A stretch of DNA of 45,963 nucleotides from a virus (Duplodnaviria; Caudoviricetes), in IMG/VR virus record IMGVR_UViG_3300048080_000233, positions 1 through 45,963 of that record. One strand, given 5' to 3'. The translations under genes and the position numbers were made by a program. Every line of letters starts with the position of its first letter. Position 1 is the stretch's first letter. The notes under the pieces were generated by a model. That model did not search any database and had not been told where the DNA came from. It saw nothing but the letters and a program-made list of their open reading frames with translations. Positions 26,122 through 34,534 of this stretch are shown in pieces.

Positions 26122-27344
26122 CACAGAACGGTAAACTGCTGAAACCTTTCGCCAAGCTCCTGCCTCCGTTGTCCACGGAGGAGATGCGAGCGCTCCGTAC
26201 CCGCATTGCCGCCGAGGACGGTGTCCACGATCCGGTGTTGATCAGTGAGGATCACGAGATTCTGGACGGCCACAATCGTCTCAAGATCGAGCCGGCGGCG
26301 CCGCAGAAGGTCATCACAGGCAGCGGCCAGTGGACCCAAGCCGAGAAGCAAGCATTCGTCGTGCGCTGCAACTTGGCGCGCCGCAACTTGTCCCCGGAGC
26401 AGCGCAAGCAGGTGCTGGGGACATGTAATCGCATCGCCGGCGAGCTGAAGGCCGAAGGCAAGTCGCAGGCGCAGGTGGCGAAGATGCTGGGGGTGGCGCG
26501 GGAAACTGTTCGGGATTGGCTCGAACCTAGCGGACACATTGGCGGCGCCGCCAATATGTCCACCGACTGCCGCCAGAAGCTCAGCGGCGCCCAGAAGGCA
26601 GCGGCGGCTCGCCGGGTTGAGGAGGGCGAGTCCCAGGAGCAGGTAGCGGCGGATTTCAAGGTGGCGACAAAGACGATCCAACGGACGGTGAAGAAGGAGC
26701 AGGCGCAGGCGGAACAGCGGCAGCAGCGGGAGGAGGCGGCCAAGCAGATCGTCTCGGATTGTGGGATTCACCACGGCGACTTCCGGGAAACCGACCTGGT
26801 GGCCGACGGCTCCGTGGACCTGATTCTCACGGACCCGCCGTACAACGAGGCGGCCACGACGCTCTACGCTGACCTAGCTCGTTTCGCGGCTCGCGTGCTG
26901 CGTCCCGGGGGATGGTGCTTGGCTTACAGCGGCCAAGCGTTTCTGCCTCAAGTGCTGGCTGGGATGGCCGAGCACCTTACCTATGGCTGGACGTTTGCCA
27001 TTCGTCACACCGGAGGCGAGTTGCGATTCCGCAAGCTCAAGCTTCACAACGCATGGAAGCCGATCGTTGGTTTCTACAAGCCTCCGCTGGATGCATGGTG
27101 GAACTGGTTCAGCGACATGGCAACGGGCGGAAAGGAGAAGAGCGAACACGAATGGCAGCAAGCCGAAGAAGAGGCGGCTCATTTCATCGGCGCCTTGACG
27201 GTCGCGGATGCGTTGGTGGTCGATCCGTTTTGCGGTAGCGGGACGGTGCCGGCGGCGTCCAGGAAGCTCGGGCGCAAGTGGATTGGTTTCGACATCGACA
27301 AGGACTCGGTCGAATCGGCGCGGGTGCGAGTAACGGCAGAATGA
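26118..27344 (+). CDS. ParB-N/HTH fused to an N6A/N4C DNA methyltransferase (beta order)
   Basis: ILDGHNR; QAQVAKMLGVARETV HTH; LILTDPPY; VDPFCGSGT. Confidence 0.88.
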   Translation: MTQNGKLLKPFAKLLPPLSTEEMRALRTRIAAEDGVHDPVLISEDHEILDGHNRLKIEPAAPQKVITGSGQWTQAEKQAFVVRCNLARRNLSPEQRKQVLGTCNRIAGELKAEGKSQAQVAKMLGVARETVRDWLEPSGHIGGAANMSTDCRQKLSGAQKAAAARRVEEGESQEQVAADFKVATKTIQRTVKKEQAQAEQRQQREEAAKQIVSDCGIHHGDFRETDLVADGSVDLILTDPPYNEAATTLYADLARFAARVLRPGGWCLAYSGQAFLPQVLAGMAEHLTYGWTFAIRHTGGELRFRKLKLHNAWKPIVGFYKPPLDAWWNWFSDMATGGKEKSEHEWQQAEEEAAHFIGALTVADALVVDPFCGSGTVPAASRKLGRKWIGFDIDKDSVESARVRVTAE

Positions 27345-27925
27345 TCAGAAAGTTTGGACAACTGATCCACTGCCCTCATTGTGGCCACGAGCACACGATG
27401 GAGTCCGGGTTCTCACGCTGGCTGCGGAGTCAGCCGGAATTGGACTCGGCCGAGGGCACGGTGGCACTCGACCTGGATTTCATCATCCATCGTTACTGTA
27501 TCCGCACAGGAGCCAATCGAGACAGGTCGGTACAGTACTTGATGTTCGTTGAGGTCAAAAGCAATGGTGCTGACCTGACTCCTTCGCAGCGAGACACATT
27601 AGTTAAAGTGAATGAGATCATTCGCACCAAGACGTACAGGACCAGCAAGAGGAAGCAGGGACGGTTTACCGGGATCGAGGAAGTCACGACTGTCTGGTTT
27701 CGGGAGAATGGCCGGCGGGTGCAGTTGATCTGTTACGGAGTGCATAAGCTCATCATGAGTGCCTTCGATCCCGTGACAAGTGGATGGATGACATGGGACA
27801 ACAAACCAATTGATCACGCGAGCTTGCTTGGTGTGCTGAAGTTTGATCTGAACCCCGACACCCTGAAACCAATGGAACATCGCTCTCGAAAGAAAAGGAC
27901 CATCGCTCCAACTCTATTTAACTAA
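27341..27925 (+). CDS. PD-(D/E)xK-like protein with CxxC
   Basis: CPHC; DLDFII...MFVEVKS...SQRDTL. Confidence 0.55.
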   Translation: MIRKFGQLIHCPHCGHEHTMESGFSRWLRSQPELDSAEGTVALDLDFIIHRYCIRTGANRDRSVQYLMFVEVKSNGADLTPSQRDTLVKVNEIIRTKTYRTSKRKQGRFTGIEEVTTVWFRENGRRVQLICYGVHKLIMSAFDPVTSGWMTWDNKPIDHASLLGVLKFDLNPDTLKPMEHRSRKKRTIAPTLFN

Positions 27926-27941
27926 TTAGGGGGGTGAAATT

Positions 27942-28187
27942 GTGGACCCAATGGTTAGTGCACAGCTCAGTGCGAACCTCATCGTCGATGCCCAGATGGA
28001 TCAGCGGGCCCACGGACGTTACTTGCAGGTGATGGACCGCAGCTTCCTGCACGAGTACCTGGCGAGCCAATCCGACATTGCCGAGAAGGCGGCCGGCATG
28101 AATCTGGCGAGCCATGTTCCTACTTCTCAACCATACGTTGTCCCTAATTGGATCATGCCGACGGGGCCCACGACTCCTAAAGGTTAA
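27942..28187 (+). CDS. Hypothetical protein
   Basis: GGGGGG SD before GTG. Confidence 0.6.
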   Translation: MDPMVSAQLSANLIVDAQMDQRAHGRYLQVMDRSFLHEYLASQSDIAEKAAGMNLASHVPTSQPYVVPNWIMPTGPTTPKG

Positions 28188-28190
28188 GCC

Positions 28191-28442
28191 ATGACCTGGA
28201 TCGAAGAGGCGATGCGGCGGGCCATGGAGGAACGGCAGGCTGGATCGGTGGAACTGCTGGAGATGGACAGGGAATTTCTCCGTGAACGAGCAGGAAAAAC
28301 AGCTGGTCCGGAACGTCCAATCGCACGACCTGGCGGAGAGTCTGCGGCTGCGGAGGGCGGTACACGCGAAGACCCAGGGGCTGCCCCCGGAGTCGTTCGC
28401 GCTGCCGTTCCCGGCGAACCAGGTGACGATCCAGCGGGGTGA
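28191..28442 (+). CDS. Hypothetical ORF overlapping 28282-28710 (possibly its N-terminus via frameshift)
   Basis: ATG 4 nt after the upstream stop; low-complexity after residue ~32. Confidence 0.35.
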   Translation: MTWIEEAMRRAMEERQAGSVELLEMDREFLRERAGKTAGPERPIARPGGESAAAEGGTREDPGAAPGVVRAAVPGEPGDDPAG

Positions 28443-28710
28443 TGCGGGGGGCCTATGGTGGAAAGTACCGCTGGGTGTCGCGACTGGCGTGATAGCGCTG
28501 TCGCTGCCGGCCATTGCGGCCCTTGGGGTATGGTTGGCGGTGAATCGGCCATCCCCCACGCCAGCCGTTGTAGCCGAGCCGGCGAAGCCCCCCCCAGTGA
28601 CCCAGCCGGGTGGGTGGCAATGGCAGATCGAGTACAAGGACCGGGACGGCAACTGGAAACCCGTGGGTGATGCCGTGCGGATTCATCCGAAGGACGCGGA
28701 GGTGAAGTGA
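28282..28710 (+). CDS. Membrane protein with Pro-rich C-terminal region
   Basis: VPLGVATGVIALSLPAIAALGVWLAV TM. Confidence 0.65.
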   Translation: MNEQEKQLVRNVQSHDLAESLRLRRAVHAKTQGLPPESFALPFPANQVTIQRGDAGGLWWKVPLGVATGVIALSLPAIAALGVWLAVNRPSPTPAVVAEPAKPPPVTQPGGWQWQIEYKDRDGNWKPVGDAVRIHPKDAEVK

Positions 28711-28835
28711 TGATTAACTACAGATACTGCCTGGAATGGTGCTTGTACCTGGCAGCCGTGTCCGCCTGGTGCGTGTTGGTGCCGGTCTGTGCGGCCCTGA
28801 TGGGGCTGCGGGGCGAGGCCAAGGAGTACCGGTGA
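28710..28835 (+). CDS. Small TM peptide (41 aa)
   Basis: GGAGG SD; WCLYLAAVSAWCVLVPVCAALMGL. Confidence 0.45.
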   Translation: MINYRYCLEWCLYLAAVSAWCVLVPVCAALMGLRGEAKEYR

Positions 28836-28894
28836 GTTACCCGCGCCGAGACGTCGGCCCTGGCGGTGGAGAGAAAAAAAAAGTGAGGTGCTAG

Positions 28895-29086
28895 GTGGAT
28901 ATACCACAGAGTTTGATTGATGCGATTCACGCCATCCAGGCGGCAGCGACAGCTCTTATGGCTGCCGGCGAGGTCGTGGTGGCGAAACAGCAGGAGCTGA
29001 ATCAATCCATTGCGGGGAAAAACACTGCTCTGGCGATCCTGGCGGAGCGGAAGCTCGCGGCGAAGCAGATGATCGACCAACTGTAG
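28895..29086 (+). CDS. Small coiled-coil protein
   Basis: GAGG SD; Ala-rich helix. Confidence 0.55.
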   Translation: MDIPQSLIDAIHAIQAAATALMAAGEVVVAKQQELNQSIAGKNTALAILAERKLAAKQMIDQL

Positions 29087-29098
29087 GGATCACGGGCG

Positions 29099-29163
29099 TG
29101 GTGCGAGGTGCCACGGGGGTGGCACGACCAGCTGGCGGGTCTTGGGTGGCCCGCCAGCTTTCT
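29099..29163 (+). promoter_or_regulatory. Double hairpin (terminator/processing-like) before the second structural cluster
   Basis: GTGCCAC-GGGG-GTGGCAC and AGCTGGCGGG...CCCGCCAGCT-TTCT. Confidence 0.5.
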
Positions 29164-29183
29164 AGGAATGGCGGAGGTGCAGC

Positions 29184-29537
29184 ATGGCGATTGTGTTTAT
29201 CACGGCCTATAACGACGCAGTCTCGGGCGACCAGATTTTCCAGCGGCGCGTCACGATCGCCATGCTGAAGGCCGCGGCCGCCGTGCAAGCGGAAACCATT
29301 GTCGGCCTGTCACTGCCTGCTGGCTACGTGGGTACGACGCAAACCTTGCACGATCTGCGCGCCAAGTTGGCCCAAGCTTGTTTGCTCGATCCGGATCGAT
29401 TTGGGCGTTTCTTCGTGCTCGCCGTGGCCAGTGATCCAGGGAGCGCCACCGTGGGACCTGCCAGTCCGGACAGCGATCTGCAGTTCACCGTCAACTCGCT
29501 CTGGAATGCCTTCGCGGTCGGCGGCCATGCGTTTTAG
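29184..29537 (+). CDS. Hypothetical protein (fibre-associated)
   Basis: FQRRVTIAM...SDLQFTVNSLWNAFA; GGAGG SD. Confidence 0.7.
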   Translation: MAIVFITAYNDAVSGDQIFQRRVTIAMLKAAAAVQAETIVGLSLPAGYVGTTQTLHDLRAKLAQACLLDPDRFGRFFVLAVASDPGSATVGPASPDSDLQFTVNSLWNAFAVGGHAF

Positions 29538-29548
29538 AGAGGTGACAT

Positions 29549-30016
29549 GTGTCTAATGAGGTCAAATGGTCAGCCCTGGGCACGTTCACGACAGCGATCG
29601 CGGGCGCGACGACGGCGCCGACGCTCAAGAACCTGGCCTCCGCGGGGCGCAAAATCGGCAACAGCATCGACAACTCGGCCCCCGGGGTTCGCAATATCCT
29701 TTCAGACTGGGAGCTCAAGGTCACGTTCGCCGTAGCGCCGGCAGCGAATGCGCCGGTCGAGTTGTATTTGATCAAAGCTCCCGATGGTGCGAATTTCGAG
29801 TACGGCAGCGACTCGATCGATCCGCCACCATCTGCACTGGTCGGGGTATTCCCCTGCCGTGCCGTCAGCACCGTGCAGCGTATTACCCTGCGCGGCATCG
29901 TGTTGCCGGCAACCGTGTTTCAGCCGTTCATCTACAACAAAGGAGGGCAGGCGTTTACGAATGTGGACAATGATAGTATTCTATCCTTCATAGTTTACAA
30001 CGAAGAGATCCAGTAA
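29549..30016 (+). CDS. Beta-rich structural protein
   Basis: VELYLIKAPDGANFEYG...LVGVF; GAGG SD. Confidence 0.7.
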   Translation: MSNEVKWSALGTFTTAIAGATTAPTLKNLASAGRKIGNSIDNSAPGVRNILSDWELKVTFAVAPAANAPVELYLIKAPDGANFEYGSDSIDPPPSALVGVFPCRAVSTVQRITLRGIVLPATVFQPFIYNKGGQAFTNVDNDSILSFIVYNEEIQ

Positions 30017-30021
30017 TCGTC

Positions 30022-30819
30022 ATGCTAACACGTGTTGCCAACAAGTGGATCAAACCCGTATGGCCCTTCGAGGTCAACTGGGATAGTCCTCAGGCGCAAG
30101 GCTTGGTGGCTTGGTGGCCTGGATTTCTCACGAATGCTACGATCACGCGCGAGCTGATCCGCTGGCGCAACGATGGCACCCTGGCCGCGAACACCACCTA
30201 TGTAGGGGATGCCGAACAGCGCTGGGCTTGGAATTTCATCAGCAGCAGCACGAGCATGATCACCTGCGGTACGGATGCGCGTCTGGAGCCCGCCAATGTT
30301 CGCGCCGTCAGCTTCTGGTGTAGGTTTGCCAGCGTGGCCGGTTTTCAAAATTTGGCGCGCTACGAGGAAAGCTCTCTGCGCGGCTGGCGCATCGACAAAA
30401 ACGATGCGCATCACCTGCGTGCCGTCTGGATGACGAGCGGGTCCGCGCAATCGAACCAATACGAGGCGATTTTGGGGACTGCGAACGTCTGGAAGCACGT
30501 ACTGGTCGAGTTCAGTTCCTCGGGCGCCATCCTGAAAATCTACGTGGACGGCATCAGCGGTACCCTGATTGATCCCGGGATCGGCATGAGCGCAAGTACC
30601 GGCGGCCTCTACCTCGGCAACGACGCTGGCGGCACCCTGCCCTTTATCGGGCGTATGGCGGATGCGCGCATCTATGCGGTCGCGCCTGCCGCCGCGACCG
30701 TGTGGCAAATGTACGCGCCGCAATCGCGCTTCGACCTGTATCGGCCCGGCAGCCAGCGCGCCCGCTTTGGTCTTCGCCGGCCTCCAGAGATGATTTACTC
30801 TGGCGGCCCTGGATTATGA
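30022..30819 (+). CDS. LamG/concanavalin A-like domain protein 1
   Basis: VNWDSPQAQGLVAWW; WKHVL...KIYVDG...FIGRMADARIY. Confidence 0.8.
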   Translation: MLTRVANKWIKPVWPFEVNWDSPQAQGLVAWWPGFLTNATITRELIRWRNDGTLAANTTYVGDAEQRWAWNFISSSTSMITCGTDARLEPANVRAVSFWCRFASVAGFQNLARYEESSLRGWRIDKNDAHHLRAVWMTSGSAQSNQYEAILGTANVWKHVLVEFSSSGAILKIYVDGISGTLIDPGIGMSASTGGLYLGNDAGGTLPFIGRMADARIYAVAPAAATVWQMYAPQSRFDLYRPGSQRARFGLRRPPEMIYSGGPGL

Positions 30820-30832
30820 TCGGAGTACGGCC

Positions 30833-31459
30833 ATCGCAACTTCTACCCCCGTTAAATCAGACAGTGTAAGTGTCTTAACTCATCAATCGGTCGTGCATCC
30901 CACGACGGTAGTAGGCTCTGCGATCAACGTCAGTACCAAACGGGCTGCCGTACTGTTTCTCTACCACGCGTTCGTGGAGGCCGCGGCCAACACGAACCCG
31001 GGCTCGTTCAAAATTCAAGTGCGGCCGGACGACGGGGCTGGGACGGCGACCGAGCATTGGATCACGGTCCTGGAGCTGACCAGCTCGCCGACTACGGCCG
31101 ACACCGAGGCCATGACGGCCACGGAACCGATTGGCGAAACCGTGATGGCGGTGGCGAGCACGACGGGATTCGTGGCCGGAGATTTGCTGTACGTGCAGGA
31201 CACGACCACCTTGGCGGATTCCGAGTGGGCGGAGTGCCGCAGTCTCGTGACCAACGTCAGCATCACTCTGATCGACGGGCTGACGGTCCAAAAGGACAGT
31301 GCGGACGTGATATGGAATGACGCAACCAAATTTGTCGTCTCGCTGAACCTCAACGGCGTGGAATCGTTCAGGGTCGTGTGGTTTCACGAGGGCGCCGTGG
31401 GAGCGAATGGACATGTCAAAGCATTGGCAATCACTTATGACTCGGACTCGATAGTATGA
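30833..31459 (+). CDS. Beta-rich structural protein (ATC start proposed; first canonical start is GTG 30893)
   Basis: Frame open from GGAG-7nt-ATC; VASTTGFVAGDLLYV motif. Confidence 0.7.
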   Translation: MATSTPVKSDSVSVLTHQSVVHPTTVVGSAINVSTKRAAVLFLYHAFVEAAANTNPGSFKIQVRPDDGAGTATEHWITVLELTSSPTTADTEAMTATEPIGETVMAVASTTGFVAGDLLYVQDTTTLADSEWAECRSLVTNVSITLIDGLTVQKDSADVIWNDATKFVVSLNLNGVESFRVVWFHEGAVGANGHVKALAITYDSDSIV

Positions 31460-32325
31460 GCTTCCTGAACCCTGGCGCGATAGACGGGCAGATCGACATG
31501 GTGACGCCCGTCAACTGGTTTCACCCGCTCAACCGCGGCCTGCGGGCCTGGCTGCTGTTCGTGCCTGGGAGCGGGCTGTCGAGTGTGATCCCCGACGTCG
31601 CAAAAGTCCAGGGCGGAGGTTGTCCCGGCACACTGACGAACGGCGCTCTCCCGGTCTCTCCACTGGGCCGTCAGGGCGGCTGGGGCGCCTGGGATCTGGA
31701 CGGCACCGACGATTATATCGAGATCGCCAACCCTACCTTCCTGCGCTCGACCAGCGGACCTTTCAGCATCTGCGTTTGGCTGCGTCCCGATTTTGCACCC
31801 TCAAGTACCAATCGGTCGATTTTCCAGTGGGGCGTCGATGGTGCGGATGCCCCTCGGTTTTTCATTCGCTACAACAGCCCGGAGGGTTTTTTTGCCGACG
31901 GAAGCAGCCAATCGTTGGGACAGACGAGTGCTGCTTTCCTTTGGACACTGGGCGATTGGTTCCATTTCACCTACACGAATAGCGGCGCGGCATCGTCTGG
32001 ACAATATTATAAAAACGGCCTGGCCGTCTCAACAGTGGGGAACGGTGGTATCCCGCAAAGTCCCGAGACGTTTACGATCGCGCGCCTGGGCCGATTCCGC
32101 ACGGCTGATCCGCGACAATTCGACGGCCGGATGGATGATTTTCGCTTCTACGACCGGGCCCTACAGCCACAGGAAGTCAAGGCGCTGTACGAGTCTTCGA
32201 GGATGTATTACTACAGCTTGCTGAATCGGCTCGAGCCGGCTTGGATCACAGCGGAACCTCCGGCAGTCGGGGGTGACGCGGTACCACAGGTGTGGAGTCA
32301 GTATCGCAGGAGACGCGCCGGATGA
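31456..32325 (+). CDS. LamG/concanavalin A-like domain protein 2
   Basis: VNWFHPLNRGLRAW; LDGTDDYIE; FSICVW; FDGRMDDFRFYDRAL. Confidence 0.85.
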   Translation: MSFLNPGAIDGQIDMVTPVNWFHPLNRGLRAWLLFVPGSGLSSVIPDVAKVQGGGCPGTLTNGALPVSPLGRQGGWGAWDLDGTDDYIEIANPTFLRSTSGPFSICVWLRPDFAPSSTNRSIFQWGVDGADAPRFFIRYNSPEGFFADGSSQSLGQTSAAFLWTLGDWFHFTYTNSGAASSGQYYKNGLAVSTVGNGGIPQSPETFTIARLGRFRTADPRQFDGRMDDFRFYDRALQPQEVKALYESSRMYYYSLLNRLEPAWITAEPPAVGGDAVPQVWSQYRRRRAG

Positions 32326-34295
32326 GATACCTGAAGCAATCGACTTCCGTTGACGTACCTGTAGGCCCGTTCCTGGACAACGTGGATGGCTTTACTGCCG
32401 AGACTGCGTTGACCATCACTCAGCCCGACGTTCGGCTCAAGAAAAACGGCGCCGCGTGGGATCAGAAGGCTGCGGCCCAGACCCTCGCCCACGAAGAAAA
32501 CGGCAATTACGAAGTGACGCTCGACGCCACCGACACGGATACTATCGGGCTGTTACGGCTTCATATTGCCGAGAGCGGCGCCCTCCCGGTCTGGGATGAT
32601 TTTCATATCCTGGCGGCCAACGTCTACGACGCGCTCTTCGGTGCCGCGACCGTGAAACTCCAAGTCGACACTGCACAGCTCAGCGGTGATGCGACGGCTG
32701 CGGACAACGCCGAGGCATTCTTCGACGGCACCGGGTATGCGGGTACCAACAACGTGATCCCAACCGTCACGACGGTGACGAACCAGGTGACGGCCAACAC
32801 CACGGCAATCTCGGGAGACACCGTTGCTGCTGATAATCTCGAAACCATGCTGGACGGCACGGGCGGTCAGATATTCTCGTTGAAGCAACTCAATTGCGTC
32901 AACACTACGGGCGATGCGATCGTAGCCCAGAGCACAGGCGCGAACGGTCGCGGGATGGCGTGTTTAGGGAATGGGACCGGGCCCGGGCTCCTGGGGGTCG
33001 GGGGCGCGACTGCGGGCGGGATCGTGGGTTCCGGGGGATCGACTAGTGGTCCAGGAGTCCAGTGCATCTCCGCAACCTCCGCGGGCCTGCTCTCGACCGG
33101 CGGCACCAACAGCCACGGTGCGGATTTTGTCGGGACCGGGAGTGGCCATGGGATGCATGCTGGGGGTGGGGCGACCGGCCACGGATGGTTCAGCGAAGGC
33201 GGGGCGACGAGTGGCGATGGCTTCCGGACTGTCGCGACCCTTTCTGGAAACGGGACTACCAGTCTGGGGGCCGGGGGTGGCCATGGCACACGGTCTGCTG
33301 GTGGCGCAACCGGCCACGGCATGTTGTCCGAAGGTGGCGCCACGAGCGGCGACGGCTTCCGACTCACGGTGGTGAGCGGTATTCCGCTGAACGACGATTT
33401 CCACACCGGTCTGGCCCAGGCTGGCTCCACAGCCTCGACGATCGTGCTGGCGGCTGCGGCACCCGCTAACGACGATCTGTTCAACGGCTTGCTGGTGGCG
33501 ATTCATACCGGGACAGGGGCCAGACAGGCGCGTCTCATCCAGGATTACGACGGCACGACGAAAACGGCGACCATCACGCCCAACTGGGACACGACCCCGG
33601 CATCTGGAGACGCCTATGCGATCATCGAATGGGGGCCGGTGCCGTTGGAACCCTCGAACAGTCCCGACCAGCACAGCGGGACCACTCAGGCGGGAGCGGC
33701 CGGGACCATCACGTTGGCGGCATCGGCGTCGGCTACCAATGACCTCTACAATGGCCAGCCGATCAAGATTTACGCTGGCACCGGTGCCGGACAAACCCGG
33801 GGGATCACGGACTACGTTGGTGCCACCAAGGTGGTGACGGTGGACCGCAACTGGATCACGATCCCGGACAACACGAGTCGGTACGTGGTCCTGGCCGACA
33901 ACGTGCCAGCCTTGGACGCGATCCTCCTGGGGGTCCAGGTGTCGGCCAGCGGGATCGCGGCAACTGCCTTCCAGGCGGGCGCCATCAATGCGGCAGCTGT
34001 GGCGGATGGCACGATCGACGCCGCCACCTTCGCTGCGGGGGCCGTCAACGCGGCCGCGCTGGCGAGCGATGCCGTGGACGAAATTTGGGCCAAGGCAATG
34101 GTGGAGCTGACGACTGTCCCAGGTGTTACGGGCACGACGTTGCAGGCGCTCACCTGGGTGTTCGAGCTGGCCAGGAATCGGATAACTCAGACTGCCACAA
34201 CGCAAACAGTCTTCCGGGATGATGCCACGACGCCATTGGCTACTTCAACGGTCAATGATGACGGGACAATCTTCTCCCGTACGGAGTTCGCATAA
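32322..34295 (+). CDS. Fibre-like protein A with Gly-rich repeats and a duplicated domain
   Basis: GGATGHG/GGATSGDG repeats; two ~75-aa DxxNG...GTGAxQ.R.I.DY.G.TK domains. Confidence 0.8.
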   Translation: MRYLKQSTSVDVPVGPFLDNVDGFTAETALTITQPDVRLKKNGAAWDQKAAAQTLAHEENGNYEVTLDATDTDTIGLLRLHIAESGALPVWDDFHILAANVYDALFGAATVKLQVDTAQLSGDATAADNAEAFFDGTGYAGTNNVIPTVTTVTNQVTANTTAISGDTVAADNLETMLDGTGGQIFSLKQLNCVNTTGDAIVAQSTGANGRGMACLGNGTGPGLLGVGGATAGGIVGSGGSTSGPGVQCISATSAGLLSTGGTNSHGADFVGTGSGHGMHAGGGATGHGWFSEGGATSGDGFRTVATLSGNGTTSLGAGGGHGTRSAGGATGHGMLSEGGATSGDGFRLTVVSGIPLNDDFHTGLAQAGSTASTIVLAAAAPANDDLFNGLLVAIHTGTGARQARLIQDYDGTTKTATITPNWDTTPASGDAYAIIEWGPVPLEPSNSPDQHSGTTQAGAAGTITLAASASATNDLYNGQPIKIYAGTGAGQTRGITDYVGATKVVTVDRNWITIPDNTSRYVVLADNVPALDAILLGVQVSASGIAATAFQAGAINAAAVADGTIDAATFAAGAVNAAALASDAVDEIWAKAMVELTTVPGVTGTTLQALTWVFELARNRITQTATTQTVFRDDATTPLATSTVNDDGTIFSRTEFA

Positions 34296-34526
34296 ATGGC
34301 CGTGGATACGAGGAATCGCAGAGCTTCCTGTTTGAACTTCGACCTAGGCGGTGGTCGCGTGTACCCGGACCCCGATGGCTCCTTGGGCAACAACGCCGAT
34401 CGCCAGCACGTGGCCGGCAAGTATCCGGGGATCGGGGCAGGGGCGCCGAGTGGGGCCGTGCTGGTCGTGCAGTATCGGGCATTTTTCCGTGGCATCGCGG
34501 AACGGATATTCGGGCGCGTGAATTGA
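34296..34526 (+). CDS. Small partner protein a
   Basis: MAVDTRNRRAS...DRQHVAGKYPGI; paralog of 35923-36165. Confidence 0.7.
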   Translation: MAVDTRNRRASCLNFDLGGGRVYPDPDGSLGNNADRQHVAGKYPGIGAGAPSGAVLVVQYRAFFRGIAERIFGRVN

Positions 34527-34534
34527 GGTGAGCC

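Noticed and set aside
28874-28882. A9 homopolymer as a phase-variation tract
   Set aside because: Intergenic and not inside an identifiable promoter spacer
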